Shown in pieces: positions 48,461 through 62,130 of a DNA stretch of 64,000 nucleotides (position 1 is the stretch's first letter; each line of letters begins with the position of its first letter). The stretch is from NCBI GenBank assembly GCA_049724395.1, contig JAUGWO010000062.1:1-64000 (forward strand), read 5' to 3'. The translations under genes and the position numbers were made by a program. The notes under the pieces were generated by a model that saw only the letters and a list, made by a program, of their open reading frames with translations, did not search any database and had not been told where the DNA came from. Origin of the DNA: Spongospora subterranea f. sp. subterranea (taxonomy: Eukaryota).

Positions 48461-51400
48461 ATGGCATCAACCTGCCCCGGGGCCAACGATGACGTCCAGG
48501 CTCTCATCAACTACTACGGGCGAAAACAGTATTTTGGGCACGTGCAAGCCATTTGTGATCATGTTCTTAAGGGTTACGAGTCTGATAATCGCGACCGAGC
48601 TCGTTTCTGGCGATGCATTGCGGTCATTCAGCAAGGTCGAATTGTTTTATTGATTCACGTGGGTCACGATCTAAGCCTGAGAACTTGGATCAGGGGAATC
48701 GACTCCGGATATTATTTCCGATCTGCATAGTGTTCGCAATATCACTTATATGAGCTTGGCCGCAATAGCAGCTCTTGTTTCAGCATCAAAACGAGCAGGT
48801 ACGCTATGGAATATTAACATCCAAACCGCATAATATTAATGAGTTTGTAGATATGGATTCTGTTGCTGAACTCAAACAACAATTGAAGGCAGCATCAAAG
48901 ACGGTCGGTGGGAACATCGATTTGTGCTAAACGCTTCTAAAAACCCATGTCGCAGAAAAATGCAGAAATGTTGGTCTTCGCTGCGAACTTTTTCTGGTTG
49001 ATTGGGAAACACCAGCAAGCACGGCAGTGTTTAGAGCGTGTTTTAGGAGATAATCCCAATAATACTGGGGCCTTAACATTAATGGCCTGGGTGAATCTTA
49101 CCAGCGAAGTTCCCGATCTAAGTCAGGCGACTCTTACATACCTCAACCAAGCTTTTACTGTTCTCGGGGATTCGCCAAAACCAGTTGATGTTGGTTCTTT
49201 GCACGACGTTGTGAACTTCAGCGAATCTGAGTCTAGTCAGGTCCTACTAGGCCGTGCAAAATGGTATGAGCTCAACTGCCGAACAACAAATGCGGACGAG
49301 AGCATCAATATGGTCCTCGCTGCCGAAGCTTGGTTTCGCCCGGCGTTGATAGAAAAAGCGCAAATCCAGCTCATGATGCGCATGCCCGAGGACGCTGCAG
49401 AGAACGTCCAGAAAATTCTCAAAAAAGATCCAGCAAATGCCGACGCACAGGTAATTCATGTGACCCATGATTTGCAGCAAAGCAATATTGCTCTAACAAA
49501 GCCGATTTTTTTTCTTGGATGTTACACATCCTTCATGTCAAAAGAGCCAAAACTTTTTGAATTCATTATCACGACTGTCCCATTGCAAGCTCATATCTGA
49601 TGTTTTTGTAATGTCAGCTTCTCTTCGTAACGCATCTGTTATCACGTGTGCCCGACGATCCGCGAATCTTGACGGCAATCCAGGACCTTGTATCGACAAT
49701 TCGTCGAGTGGAGCCGACCAACGCGAATCTCTACTTCAAAGTATCCTGTCTCCTATCACGCTTGGCATTCGGAAACAAATCAATACTAGATATAGCGTCG
49801 GTGCCTGTCATTGGTTTGAAGTGCCACAATATACTGAATTTTGAGCAGGTATTCCTGTATCGGCCAAGCTAGTTCTATCAATCCGACCAACAGCGAAATC
49901 CGGACAGAGCAAGCGTACCAGATTTTTCTCAAAAACGATGTCGCCTCAGCACTGCAACTGTATAGCGAGGCTTCTCAGCTCGATGAGAGCAAAACAGGGG
50001 CGTTGAATGGTATGATTCGCTGTAAACTTTTTCGCGGACAACTGGACGACGCTGCTCACGAGCTGGATTTTCTGGAAGAAATAACAAGTGAGAAATCTTT
50101 GGAATTGGCTTCTACTTTGTGTAATTTGTGGGCGCAGGGACAGAAAGACACGAATCGTCGAAGCGAATCAGCTGTGGAGTTGATGGCCCTGAAAGGAATG
50201 CTTCTTAAGCGCCGCGGAAGCGACAAGGCCATGGCCACTGAGTTATTCACGTCGGCTATCAAAGCACATCGTGAACGCCTTGGTGATGTTCGTTTGATGA
50301 TGATTGCTTTCATGACCCGTAATGTTCAATGCTTTATTCCTTTATAGTTGCGGTTAACACCAGAGTATCTTATTTCATACAACCCTGATTTTATTCTTAA
50401 CGCTGTCGAAGATATTCTCGACTTGTCAGGTTCATGTCCCAGGGAGGTTCGTAAAGGAATTGCTGCATCAGTGTTGATATATCCTGCCGTTATGTTTCAT
50501 ATTTTCTTGAATTTGACGTCCCTGAATTCGCTGTTTTGGTTATTCTGCTTCTCTTCAAATTGACTGTTGTTGAATTTGTTTGTTTTAGGAGGGAGACCCA
50601 CCGAGGCCGGCCCTTACCTTTGTTGGGAACGTCTTGGTGGACGTTGCCGAAATCATCCCCGGCATTGTTCGACCTCATCTTCTTCTTGCAAGGACCCTCT
50701 ATTTTGACGGATTGTTCTCCCAAGCGCAAACGCAGATTGGTGCCTGCCTGCGGCTAGACCAGCGCCTAATTGAGCCGCGTCTGCTGCGAGCGCAGATAGA
50801 AGTGCAACAGCAGAACTGGAGTGAGATCGCAGACGCATTGGACGATATCGTGTCTCTGAATTTCGAGGTGCGACATACGCCTTTGTTCCACATTGTCAAG
50901 GTTCAGCTATTGGAAGCACAAGGGCAAACAAATGAAGCTCTAGCATTGATTCAATCCGCAATGAATCTCCCAGGTGTGCTTTCAAATTTCGTGATTGATG
51001 TAGCATTAAGAGTTTACTCCCGATTCTTGAAACTGTTGAAAAATTGTGGAACTAATTATTGGTTGCATGTGTTGCTTCGACTCCATTTGGCGGCACTTTT
51101 GAATTGCTAAGAAACAAACAACCTTTGCGTTTACAGGTGTCAGGCACAAATCATCGCGTGCAGTGGTTGCAGAGAGCGAGCGAGAGTCACGTTGTTCTTG
51201 CTCTCGGCCCGGCTGCATGCGCGCCAGATGCTGTCACCGGAGGCGACCAAACTCCTGCAGGACGCTCGGAGCGAGTTTGAAGCGTCCCCTGAGTATGATC
51301 GTATCCTTATTACCGATGCAGAGTTGGCGACATCTTGCAGAAAAGATGGTACAGACACGCGGACGACGTTTCCAATTCTTGTTTGTTCCAATTCGAACTC

Positions 51401-54400
51401 TCCATGTGTTTTTACTTAATGGGAAATGCTTATTCTGCTCCTACTCCAAATTGCCCATATGGAGTGGAAAAATATTCAATTTGTCATTGCAATATCGGCC
51501 CTTTCTTATCAATTTCGCTCTCAGCGGATGGCGCTTTAAGAATGCTGCAGAAGGTGCAGACAACTTCGCCGTACATGTCGCGAGCCCGTCTTGCGATTGC
51601 CAACATTTATCTGGAGCACAAAAAAGACCGGCGCGAATACATTCGCTGTTTCAAGGAAATGGCGGCGGCTGTTCCAAGCGTCCACACGCTGCAGCTCTTA
51701 GGCGATGCTTACATTCGTATTCAAGAATCGCAGAAGGCAATCGGTGCCTTCGAACAGGCGTTAGACCTTTCGGTGCAGACCGGTGGTCCTCTCGACCCGG
51801 CAATTTATTCGAGAATTGGAACCGCACTTGTCGTGTGCCATGATTATGAGGTTCAATAACACACAGAAGGCATATTTGCTGCCTATGCGTTGAAATCAAC
51901 TTCTCATATTTCTCTGACGAAAAATTCATTTAACATATCAATATTTTCTTTGGCTTTATCTAAACCACGTTCTCACTTTTTCAAAAAGTACAATGATTTA
52001 ATCCGTTTTTTCTTATCACTTGCTTTTTCAGAGGGCTATAGCATATTACAGTAAGACGATTGCAGAAAAGATAAGGGGTGAGCAGACGCTGTCGCTCAGT
52101 GTCGATCTTTCCCGCCTGCTATTTAACTTGAAAAGGTTTGACGAAAGTGAGCGTATATTACGTGCAGCGCTAGTTCCATTCGGCGAGATCTCCGTCGCTG
52201 CCTGCGTAAACTGGCTCTTAAACTCTTTATTTGACGCTCTGGGCTTGTTTTTTGTGTTTTAGAATGATGTGTTTTACTCAGCATTGTTGTTCAGCACAAC
52301 AAGTTATATTTGAAGAAGGTTTAAGAAGCAAATTTGCAGATCTGTTCCAAGTTGTGCAACTATTTTTGGAAATATTTTGGATATTTCGCGTCGTGAATTG
52401 TAACAATGGAAATAATGTTCAAAAAAGTCTAAAAATATTGAATATATTCAGGAGGACGTGAGCGATGTTACGAGCCTAGCATTGTTGATCGACAGGGTGA
52501 TGGCTCTCCTGTTGCTGGCTGACATTAGCAATCACCAGCACCGGACTCAAGACGAACACGACGCACTGCTTTGCGCGTATGCCCTGCAGAAACGCGTCTT
52601 GGACGTCCAACGCATGTCGGGCAGCCAAACGGCCATCGAGCAGCAAAAGACACGTGCTGGGTTAGTGCTAGTTTGATTGAAGTTCTGCTGCGTTCTTTTG
52701 ATTTCATTGCAATCTGGTTTTACATAATTGTGAATTAGCGATTAGCGCATCGCTGTTTGCTAAAGAAGTCATGACACGAAACGAGGTGTTTGCATCATGA
52801 TACTTGAAGTAGTGGAATATGGTGCAAATCGAAATCTCCTCTAAATACATCGAGTTGTTGTGTTGAAATATTGGGTTTGTCAGGACAATCGCATGTCAGT
52901 TGGCTTCGCTGATGAAAAGGTTGAAAATGACCGACAAGATCGAGTTTTTTTACTCGGAGGCAATTCGCTTGTGCCCAGTTCACGAGGAAGCATTGCTGGC
53001 GTTGGCCACGATGAAACTTAATACCGGCGCTGTTATAGAGTGCCAAGCTCACCTGACCGCATTGTTGGCCGCGTCCCCGAAACACGTGAAGGCACAACTC
53101 ATGCTAGCGGATGCAAAGTTCAAACAGAACGAGCAAGAAGTTAGTATTCATGTCCATTCACCAAATCGTTTCATTGTAAATTCCTTGTTGTGTATGCCCA
53201 AAACTCTTTCTCTCATCCCATTGATATGTAAAGTAAAGCGAGGGGTGTCATATTGAAACTCTATTTCACACTTTTGAATCTTCTTATTTTACCATGTCCG
53301 TCATCTATATCGTGTTGACATATAACTTGTAATATGTTTTGCTTCACTAAGTACGAGCGTCGGGCAATGAGTGAAAAAGTTTCTGTAAATTCAGAAAGTT
53401 TAGGTTCAATTGCAGACAAACACTGCAGAACTTTAATACTTGTAGTTCTAATATCTTCTACAGGGAGCTATTCAATATTTCAAGACACTTTTACAAGCGG
53501 ACGCCACCGATTTCCATGCGTTGGACAAGCTTGTGCAGTGTTTAAAGCGATCTGGACAGCTAGGCGACGTTCATCGGTATATTGCAGCTACACAAAATGC
53601 TTGCAATTCCGGTAAAACAATGAATCACCCTGGCTATCATTTCATACAGGTAACTCCCATGGAAATATGGCTATCCTGAAGTGAACTGCTCATAGGGAAT
53701 GGTGAACCTGTATGAAAGAAAAGTTCGCGACGCTATTCATCACTTGAACCTAGCACGCACGGATCCGGAATGGGCACAACGTTCGCTATGCGAAATGATC
53801 GGCATTTACCTTAATCAAGAATATCAGGAGTTGTTTTCTATCAAGGTCAACACAATTCCTCATTTTCGACCATGATTTCAACCGAGATCAATTCCGGCAT
53901 ACTTTTGTGGATATTTTGTGATTTGGCGCTCTTCTTGATAATTGCCAATTAAAACATGATTTTCTTTAACTCGATCAGTTGCTCCAGCAATAACCGGTTC
54001 TTAGATTAGCGAAAGAATCGAAGCTGCTGGTCATTTGTTGACCGATCTGGAATCGCGGATCGCGGAGGGCGACGATTCCGGGAGGTTCCGTCTGCAAGTG
54101 TTGCGGGCCTATGCCATAATGGCGGCCAAAGATACGAATAAGATAAACCAGATCGTTCCGCAGCTGGTAGAGATGATCCAGACGGATCGTGATTACATTC
54201 CGGCTTATCTGGCATTGGCCCACGCCTTTCTCGAACTCAAAGAAGCACCAAAAGCGCGCAATCAGCTAAAGTAAGTTATCAAATAGTATATATTTCAAGA
54301 AAGGTTTCCGATTTTACGCACAGGATAATTGCCGGGATGACGCCAGGCAACGCATACGCCGATGAATTCGAGAGAAGCTGGCTGATGTTGGCAGAGATGT

Positions 54401-54788
54401 ACATTTCAGTATGTTGTTATTGACAGCAGAATCATTACTTGTGTGCTTGGTTGATTATTTACAGTCAGGTTCAGTCGATCTAGCTCAGAAGTTGGCCCGG
54501 AAAACTTTGGAGCATAGTCGGTCATCAGCCAAAGCGTGGGAACTGTTGGGCGAGATTATGACCATGGAAGGTTCGTTTCAGGACGCCGCACAGTATTTCG
54601 AGAACTCCTGGCAATGCCATCGCGAAACATCCAGCTCGGTCGGGTTCAAACTGGCGGTCAGTTATCAAAAAGCCAACCGACATATTGATGCGATCGAGGT
54701 TGCACACAAGATATTAAACAAGAACCCAGATTGTCGGCAATTAAAGGCCGACGTAATAGATAAGTGCCGATCATGTCTACGGGTTTAG
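48461..54788 (+). CDS. TTC21B: Tetratricopeptide repeat protein 21B / IFT139 (IFT-A subunit), many exons
   Basis: N-terminus ALINYYGRKQYFGHVQ...FWR, TPR repeats throughout, YIPAYLALA...PKARNQLK|, and C-terminus KAWELLGEI..E.S..DAA..FE.SW.....SVGFKLA..Y.KA.R.IDAIEV.HKIL...IDKCRSCLRV. Confidence 0.92.
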
Positions 54789-55022
54789 CTCTTAACATGT
54801 CGCAAACGATGTATCATTCGATCACAATTACTATAACTTACGACGTTATGAAATCTTTCACGACGACTACGTATGAATATATCTCAGAGCGGTGTTGAAC
54901 CCAGAATTCGATTGTCATCTATATATCGTTTATATTAATAAGAGATTAGTGTGTAGTCGCCCCGGATGATCATAATTCGATAGTCGTTGATGGCGATTTG
55001 TCGAAACTTTGCGTCATTTCGG

Positions 55023-56976
55023 TCAGGTGCCCAGGTATTCCGATTTGGCGCGCGATCGATCAATGATATTCTGGAGATATAGGACATGGTTTAGTGTGAT
55101 TGAGAGTATGTCCAGGTTGGGAAATACCTGGACTTGCAGCTGCAGATCATTTGGCATAACCAGAGACCGGTCCTCGGTCCCGATCGAGTAGAATGATGGT
55201 AAAGAAGCCGATGCGACATGAGCATTATTGTGAACAGGAAGACTGGATAACTGTGAAATGGCGGTCAGAGGGAGATTGGATTGTGTGTCGAGACGAACAT
55301 GGATTGTTGGGGATTGTATAGGCGGCAATGGTGGCTGAATAAGGACCTCAGATGCGGTTGGTGGAAGTGGATGATGTCCTTCCGACTTGGAGGAGGTCCT
55401 GTAGTGGATGAAGGCCAGGGCCATCACCGACCCGATCGTTAATCCAATACAGGCACCGGCTATAACCACATATAGAGCTGGCTGACCGAACATGATCCAT
55501 GATAATAGGTCGCTTGGCGAACCACAATCACTACCCGACGGTAGATACGCTTTCATAGACGAACAATAATGCAGATTGAGGAAAGAATCGACAACGGTCG
55601 CAGATTGGTCCAGCTGTTTGGTGATAGTTCCTTGGCGTAATTTACTGTTTGGATCTTGAAGTTGCGCCATCAACGCCCCATAAACATATTCCCCCATGAC
55701 TTGAGTGTCCCTGCTATTCGGCAGAACATCGAACGAAAGGATCGTGCTGGTGTCAGTATCGGCCGTGTTGAAGTTAACTAGACGGGAGCTATCGATCCGA
55801 ACCGCCTCTGCCATGTCCAACCTCAACTCGGTTAGATCGGCGTCTGACGTCCATCCCTGGTCGAACCTGATCTGCACATGCCGACATGGAATATCGTCAC
55901 CCGAATCCACCAGCGAGCTGAACAGCAAAAGAAACGAGCACGATGGCAATCCACCGGGAGCGAACCGCATTATGGAGCCCGTTGACGGTGATCGAACCGG
56001 TAGACACGACAATCGTGGCGTCATCTTATGGGACCTACGATGGTGAAGAGGGTGGTGAGGGGGATGGGCCAGTAGTAGATAGATAGAGTGGAGAGGATCA
56101 TTACACTAGTTCAATCGATGGGATATTGAAAAATCTTCGAAGGCAATCGCTCAAGGAGTAAATTATTGTCGAGATATCTGTTGAAGGGCGATATCAAAAG
56201 TCATTGAACTGGGGATTACGGGGCCATCGCTCACATTTGTCTCAGGTTGACGTTCGAGGCGAATATATCACTGGGTAAGGTGGTGAAGGCATTTCCTTCG
56301 ACCGATCTGTGTTCGGAACCCGGGATCAATAACAGATATCCACAAAGTTAATGAAGGGAGAATGAATTTACAGAGTATTGAGGGAAGGAGCATCGATCAT
56401 GGCGGTTCTGGTTAGGCCGGCGATATGGCAATACGATATATCCAGACTAATCAGATTGGGCATCGATTTGATCAGTCCATCGCGCAAACCGCCAGGGAAG
56501 AAGTTCCCGTTCAGATTGAGGATCAGTATTCCCGTTAAACAGGTTATCGAAAGAGGAGGTATTTGATCGGCCGTATACTGGATGGGAAAAACCGGAAATG
56601 AGATTACTGGGGAAATTTGGCGAGATACATAGATAAACACGCGATAATGACTCACATTATTCAATGATATATCAAGGGAATTGATATCCATTAGCCGAAC
56701 TGGACTATGGGATTTGGGTTCGGTGAGATTAGTGCAGGAACACAGATTTAAGAAGGCGTCGGTTCCAGTGATCTTCCCTATCGTTAGCTGATTGATGGCG
56801 ATAATGTGGCCATTATTACTGGGTCGTGGATCGACCATATTGTATTTGGATAGGGATTGGGAGAATTGGGAGCACTGAAGAGGAAGGGAGAGGGCCAAAC
56901 ACGAGAGAATAACGGGGATAATGATCGAGATGGGATACGTTGATGGGTTTGGCCTGAGCCTGATCAGCCAGTCCAT
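55023..56976 (-). CDS. LRR-containing single-pass membrane protein (receptor-like), probably multi-exon
   Basis: Signal-like ISIIIPVILSCLALSLP and LRRs (LILNLNGNFF, LISLDISYCHI, VEGNAFTTLPSDIF). Then a juxtamembrane domain, TM helix (ALYVVIAGACIGLTIGSVMALAFI) and Pro-rich tail. Joining of the two ORF blocks is inferred. Confidence 0.6.
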
Positions 56977-57838
56977 ATAATCCCAGGTCAATATATAAAG
57001 GGATTCCAAGACGAGATAATATATAGGATATGGTCGACCTGTACCAATATATGGGCCATGATCATGATCACCCGGCCAAATAGGGAATATCCATACAATT
57101 GCCACAGACAAACAGGGACAGATCTTGGTCACGATAATCACACACCGTTTGGCATATTCCATAGGAAATCATATCACAGATAAGGTCCAAATACATTGGT
57201 TGTACACTATAGGTGATCAATTTCACTATTTGAAGGGCCCGTTTTGATGACGCCGCAATAACAATTCCCGATCATCATAATACTCTGAACTTATTGCAAT
57301 ATATTACGGCTTTGGCTCAGAGGATAATATACTGTAATCTGGTCGGTAGATCCATTGCCGGTGCTCCAATATTTGTCCTTGAGGAGATGAGAAAAACCGC
57401 TTTGATGCATCTACAATATGTTCCGAATGACCCTTATTGTCAATATTTAGAAGTTTGGTCAAAGTGCTTGGCAATTATGATGTTGAGGACTCTAGAAAGA
57501 TATGTTGAGTTGAAGAAACAAGTTTAACAGTCCAACGAAACGGTATTCAGGTTCATTGAATGAATATCAGGTGTATTATGAAGAAGCGTCTCATGGTCCT
57601 GACTAGCGCCATGATCTATTCCAGATCCAATCGACTTGGTGTTAGTTGATTGTGTTATCCACAATCAAAGGGATATTTCTCCCTCTCCCATAACCACGGT
57701 CTGTTCTGGTGGACGGTGGTCGTGTTCTGTAGCGCCATCCGCCACCGCCGCCCGCCCAATACTCTGCCAGATAATAGAGCCCGCCCGGCCGTCCCTGGCC
57801 CCTGGCCCTGGCTCCCTGTATCCGGCACCCTTTTCCTG

Positions 57839-60741
57839 ATGATGATGGCGATGTGGTGTCGGATACGCGATCGTGTTGTGCAACACCCTAAACGGGTATT
57901 ATCATCTGATGTTGGCCTGTTTGGTGTTCCAGGTCTAACACATCCCGGGTCATTTAATGATCTGGTTGACAAGTCTATTCGTCAATGTCAATCATTGATT
58001 ACTCTGTTATCGACTCACCCGTAATATCTTGATCATCTCTTTGACCCTAATTAAAGGCGGGCAATAGTGGACAGGGCCCTTTCACCATTGACCGCTCTCA
58101 CCAATATTATCAGTTCTTTACTCCCTTAATAGTTGTCCATAACTCAATGATTTATTTCCCCTTTGTCGGTTATTTCCAGTCAATTGCGTAACGCTCTATG
58201 ACCCATGTAACACATGTAGTTGGCCATTAATGATGGCAATTGGCTAGTCAAATAATAACTGTGTTGCTCTTTGAACCATATATCTCTATCGGGTTTATCA
58301 TCTTCTCGTTTTGCTCTATAATTCCTTCCTAATTTCCTCTTTTCACATATAGATCGCTGCAATTAATCGATCAGATATCTAATGAATGTTGTCGTGTAGC
58401 TGATATCGCTGAGCTCATTCGCCATATCCATCCCCAAGGTGCTTGTATTTCCCTCCCATTCCTCTCACCCTTGATGACACCGTTTTCCAGATAAATGGCG
58501 ATCTGCTGGCCAACTAGCCCATGATCGTATGCAGACCTATATATTACTCCTCAATAGACATCATCACATATTCCAATATCTCAATCGGTAATATCATTGT
58601 CGTTGTTCATTGACCACACAATCATCAAACCTTTGATGGCCTATAGGGTTAATTCGACTGAACACAGCACATTATCAGCTGAACAGCGATACTTTGTGTC
58701 CAGTTTGCTGTTGGATATGAAGTTGAGTGGAATCTCTCTGCCTGATCGATCTCAAACAGAAGTGCACATGTTGATTGAGAGAATCAAGGATATTGAGACC
58801 AAATTCTACTCGAACCTGTCTGTTCCGGAATCTGATGAAATTGTTCATATTCCTATTGATTCCCTGCCGGCATCGTTATTAGCATATCTTCCTCATGATC
58901 GCCATGTAGTGTTAATTGCTCATTTCACTTAACAACACGCTCACTGAATATAACCGTTCTGTTAGCGAACAGATTTCGTAACGATCGGCCCTGATAGTTA
59001 CGATCGGTTCTTGTCCTTATTACCTAGCAGGGAATTACGACGGGATATATATTTCAAGGCCAATACTCACTCGAAATCCAATATCGATGTCCTCCACGAT
59101 CTGGTATCTGCTCGTCATCAATATAGTCAGCTCCTTGATTTCCCATCATATGCAGATTTAAGACTGTAAATCCCATTCATCATCGTCATCATCGATATCG
59201 CCATTTTCACCATCGTTCGTCATCATCGTTAGGTCATCATCTGTCTGTTCTCGAACAGGCGCTGTTTCCTTTCTGGACGAGCTCAGTGCACAGATTCGTC
59301 CGAAAGCGGATGGCGAGATACGATTGCTGAGGCGTGTGAAACAGACAATGATGAATAATCGTTCGGGAGGAGTCGACGACCAAATATACGCATGGGATAT
59401 CCCATTTTATATCCAATGCGTTCGTCAACAGTATGGCGTTGTTATCGCACCAGACGCCGTTATCTCTATCGGTGGGTTCGCCCAGAGTCCCATTGGCGTG
59501 TGTGTTTAAACGATATTGTACAGATATGGCGATAACAGTTGTGTCAATCATTGTTCGACACCTATTCGGATTGCGTATTGAAGAGCGGTCTATGGCGAAT
59601 GATGAGCTAGGTTCGTGGGATTCTTCTTCACAGAATCTGGTCAGAAAGCTGGTTATTCTTGGTCACGACTCATCTCATAATGGCACCATTTATCTCGACC
59701 TGTATGCCCGCCCTCATAAACTAACACAGGCATCTCAATTCACTGTCCAAACTGGATTTGTGAGGTCGTTATTCTCCAGAAACATCTCAAAATCCCGGTA
59801 TTGGTCTAACATGGTGTTTTCAGTGAATCTCCATCAGTCGTAATCTGTTGCAATTTCGGTAATAGTGCTGGGCGGATCACTCTTCCTGAATGTGGAACCC
59901 TATATCATGAGCTCGGCCATGCGTTGCATGCCGTTATGTCAACCACATCATTCTCGGTCGATATTATTCGTCGCCCCAATCCTGGACTGTTTCATTGATA
60001 TTGTTTGTTTTTAGCATCTAGCTGGTACACGGGGACCGGCAGATTTTGTTGAGATCCCCGCCATTCTCATGGAGCGGTTTGTTTGGGATCATCGCATCTT
60101 CTCCTTGCTCATAGGTGCTACATCTCTTAAAATCTCTCAAACTGTATTGTCACTTATCGGCCGCTCCAATTCCACAGATAATCATCACTCAAAATCGCAT
60201 CTGGGCAAGTTTTGCCGTTATCGGGACATGTTTTCAGCGTTGAATATGCAGACACAGATTGGGTATTCGATTATGGACCAGTCAATATATGGTCCACATT
60301 CCCTTGATCAACCAGGTCAGATTTGATTCAATTCCGTCAGATTCGCATGCTCAACAATTGAATCAGTATCGATCCCTAAACTCTGGTCTTCAATTCAAAA
60401 GCGACATATGTCGTACGAGTTCGTGGAAGGATCTCATCCATACACGTCAATGACTCATTTATGTAATTACGGTGCACAATATTACAGGTCAAATGGGCCA
60501 ACGACGGGTCGTTCATTCGATATTGACCAGAATTGTCATCTCCAGTTATTTATATTGTCGTATGATGGCTCATCATATATGGCAGCATTATTTTCAACAG
60601 GATCCGCTATCCCCTGATGCCGGCCGTAAATATTGCGACCGGTTCTTATCTCAAGGTTGTCATCGAGCGCCAAGTGAGATCCTGAACCGTCTTTTGGATG
60701 GCCTACCGCAGCCCTCTATTGCCAGTTTTGTCAAGGGATAA
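57839..60741 (+). CDS. MIPEP: Mitochondrial intermediate peptidase (M3A metallopeptidase), multi-exon
   Basis: GLFGVPGL..P; IDQISNECCRVADIAELIRHIHP; GTIYLDLYARPHK; TLYHELGHALH; HLAGTRGPADFVEIP.ILME; HLCNYGAQYY|SYLY. Confidence 0.92.
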
Positions 60742-61640
60742 GGCGCTTCGATATTCACATCACATCTGGGTTGTGGACAGCTGAAACCTTAGCGATTAGA
60801 GCGTTTTCCAATTCTATACAATAATCAGAGTTTGATATGGATTTGTGGGTGAGTTAACGCCCGTTTTGCCTTCTAGCTCTTGACTACCTGTGTTGATGTA
60901 TTTCCGGATCTTAGATATATCGGGAATGGCGTGACCTTTATTCCCAGCGACTATAATTTGGGAGAATTATCTCCAGGCAATTGGGTGTTGTAATAAATAA
61001 AGGGCGTTTGTTTTAGGTGCCAGTGAGTGGTATTCGTGCTGTGTAATGAAGGGTCGTCATCTAATTCCTCAAAGACGTTGGTAATTTGCACGATGTTGCT
61101 GGTTGAGTCGTGAGTTCAGAGCCCATTCCCCTTTCAAAATCATGAACCTCTGCGTAATCAGTTTTCATGACCACGTAGTCGTCATTGCAGCATTTTTGAC
61201 CAACGCTGTAGGGAGCGCATTATCATTGCCGGTTTCGAATTGAGAACATCCACGACAATCGACAGTTTCCAGCCGATCATGTTCATCAGGCCTGATTGTC
61301 AATGAACCATGCAGTACCGTGTCCGCCGTCGACTGGCCATCTTCGAATTAATGTCGACGTATAATGATGTGAATTTGCAAGACCAGTCCTTCGATGAGTA
61401 GCAGTCTCTGATAATGACGCGAGGTTTAGCAAATCAGCTTCATTGGCCATAAAAAATGGGTAGACAAAATTCACTAATCCAGACGGTGGTTGACGAAGGA
61501 GCCCTTAATTCGTAGATATTGATGGCAAATTACCTCGCCGTGATATCGGTACCGTCAGGCGTCAAAACCGCGCAGACCATTTCTCGACAAATCAAGATAA
61601 TTTTCCAAATAATTTATGACTAATAGACGATGATGAATGA

Positions 61641-61943
61641 TCAATGATGGTCGTTCACTTCATAACCCGGATAGCACCGTTCAAAACATGATAATGTGGT
61701 ATGGTAACAGTCTTTCCAGCATTTGTGGCATTTCCCGACCAGGAACTGACATTCTTTCTCGTCGATAGGCTCGCGCTCGAATATCGTACAGACTTTCTCG
61801 CAGAAGACGGTGCACACTGCTTCTCTTTTCAGGCAATCGGTCCTGCAACGGATAAATGCATACGGGTTTGGTGAGTGGTCAAACGCTAATGACGCCTGAA
61901 GCAGCGCCATCGCCAACACGATCCACTCTATTCGCGCAGCCAT
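61641..61943 (-). CDS. Small secreted cysteine-rich protein (100 aa)
   Basis: Intronless ORF with signal-like MAARIEWIVLAMALLQASLA and 11 Cys, mostly in CxxxC spacing. Confidence 0.75.
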   Translation of the reverse strand: MAARIEWIVLAMALLQASLAFDHSPNPYAFIRCRTDCLKREAVCTVFCEKVCTIFEREPIDEKECQFLVGKCHKCWKDCYHTTLSCFERCYPGYEVNDHH

Positions 61944-62130
61944 CGTGAGTCTGGGCCGAATCGTTTTGCCCCATTGATGACTCATGTTATATCACGACAC
62001 GACTCAACTTCAGAGGGCACATGTCCCCAGTATTATGTAAACAACAATTTTACGCCTCACAATAGTCAGCGTGATAAGGTCAGCGTGATAGGTCAGACAA
62101 AATAATTTTGTTATATTAGACGGTGAATCC

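Noticed and set aside
57294..57527. Possible hAT transposase trace (W...MLRTLERYVELK)
   Set aside because: Similarity is too short to support a call.
62065..62097. GTCAGCGTGATA(A)G short tandem duplication
   Set aside because: Two copies of 13-14 bp; consistent with trivial slippage.
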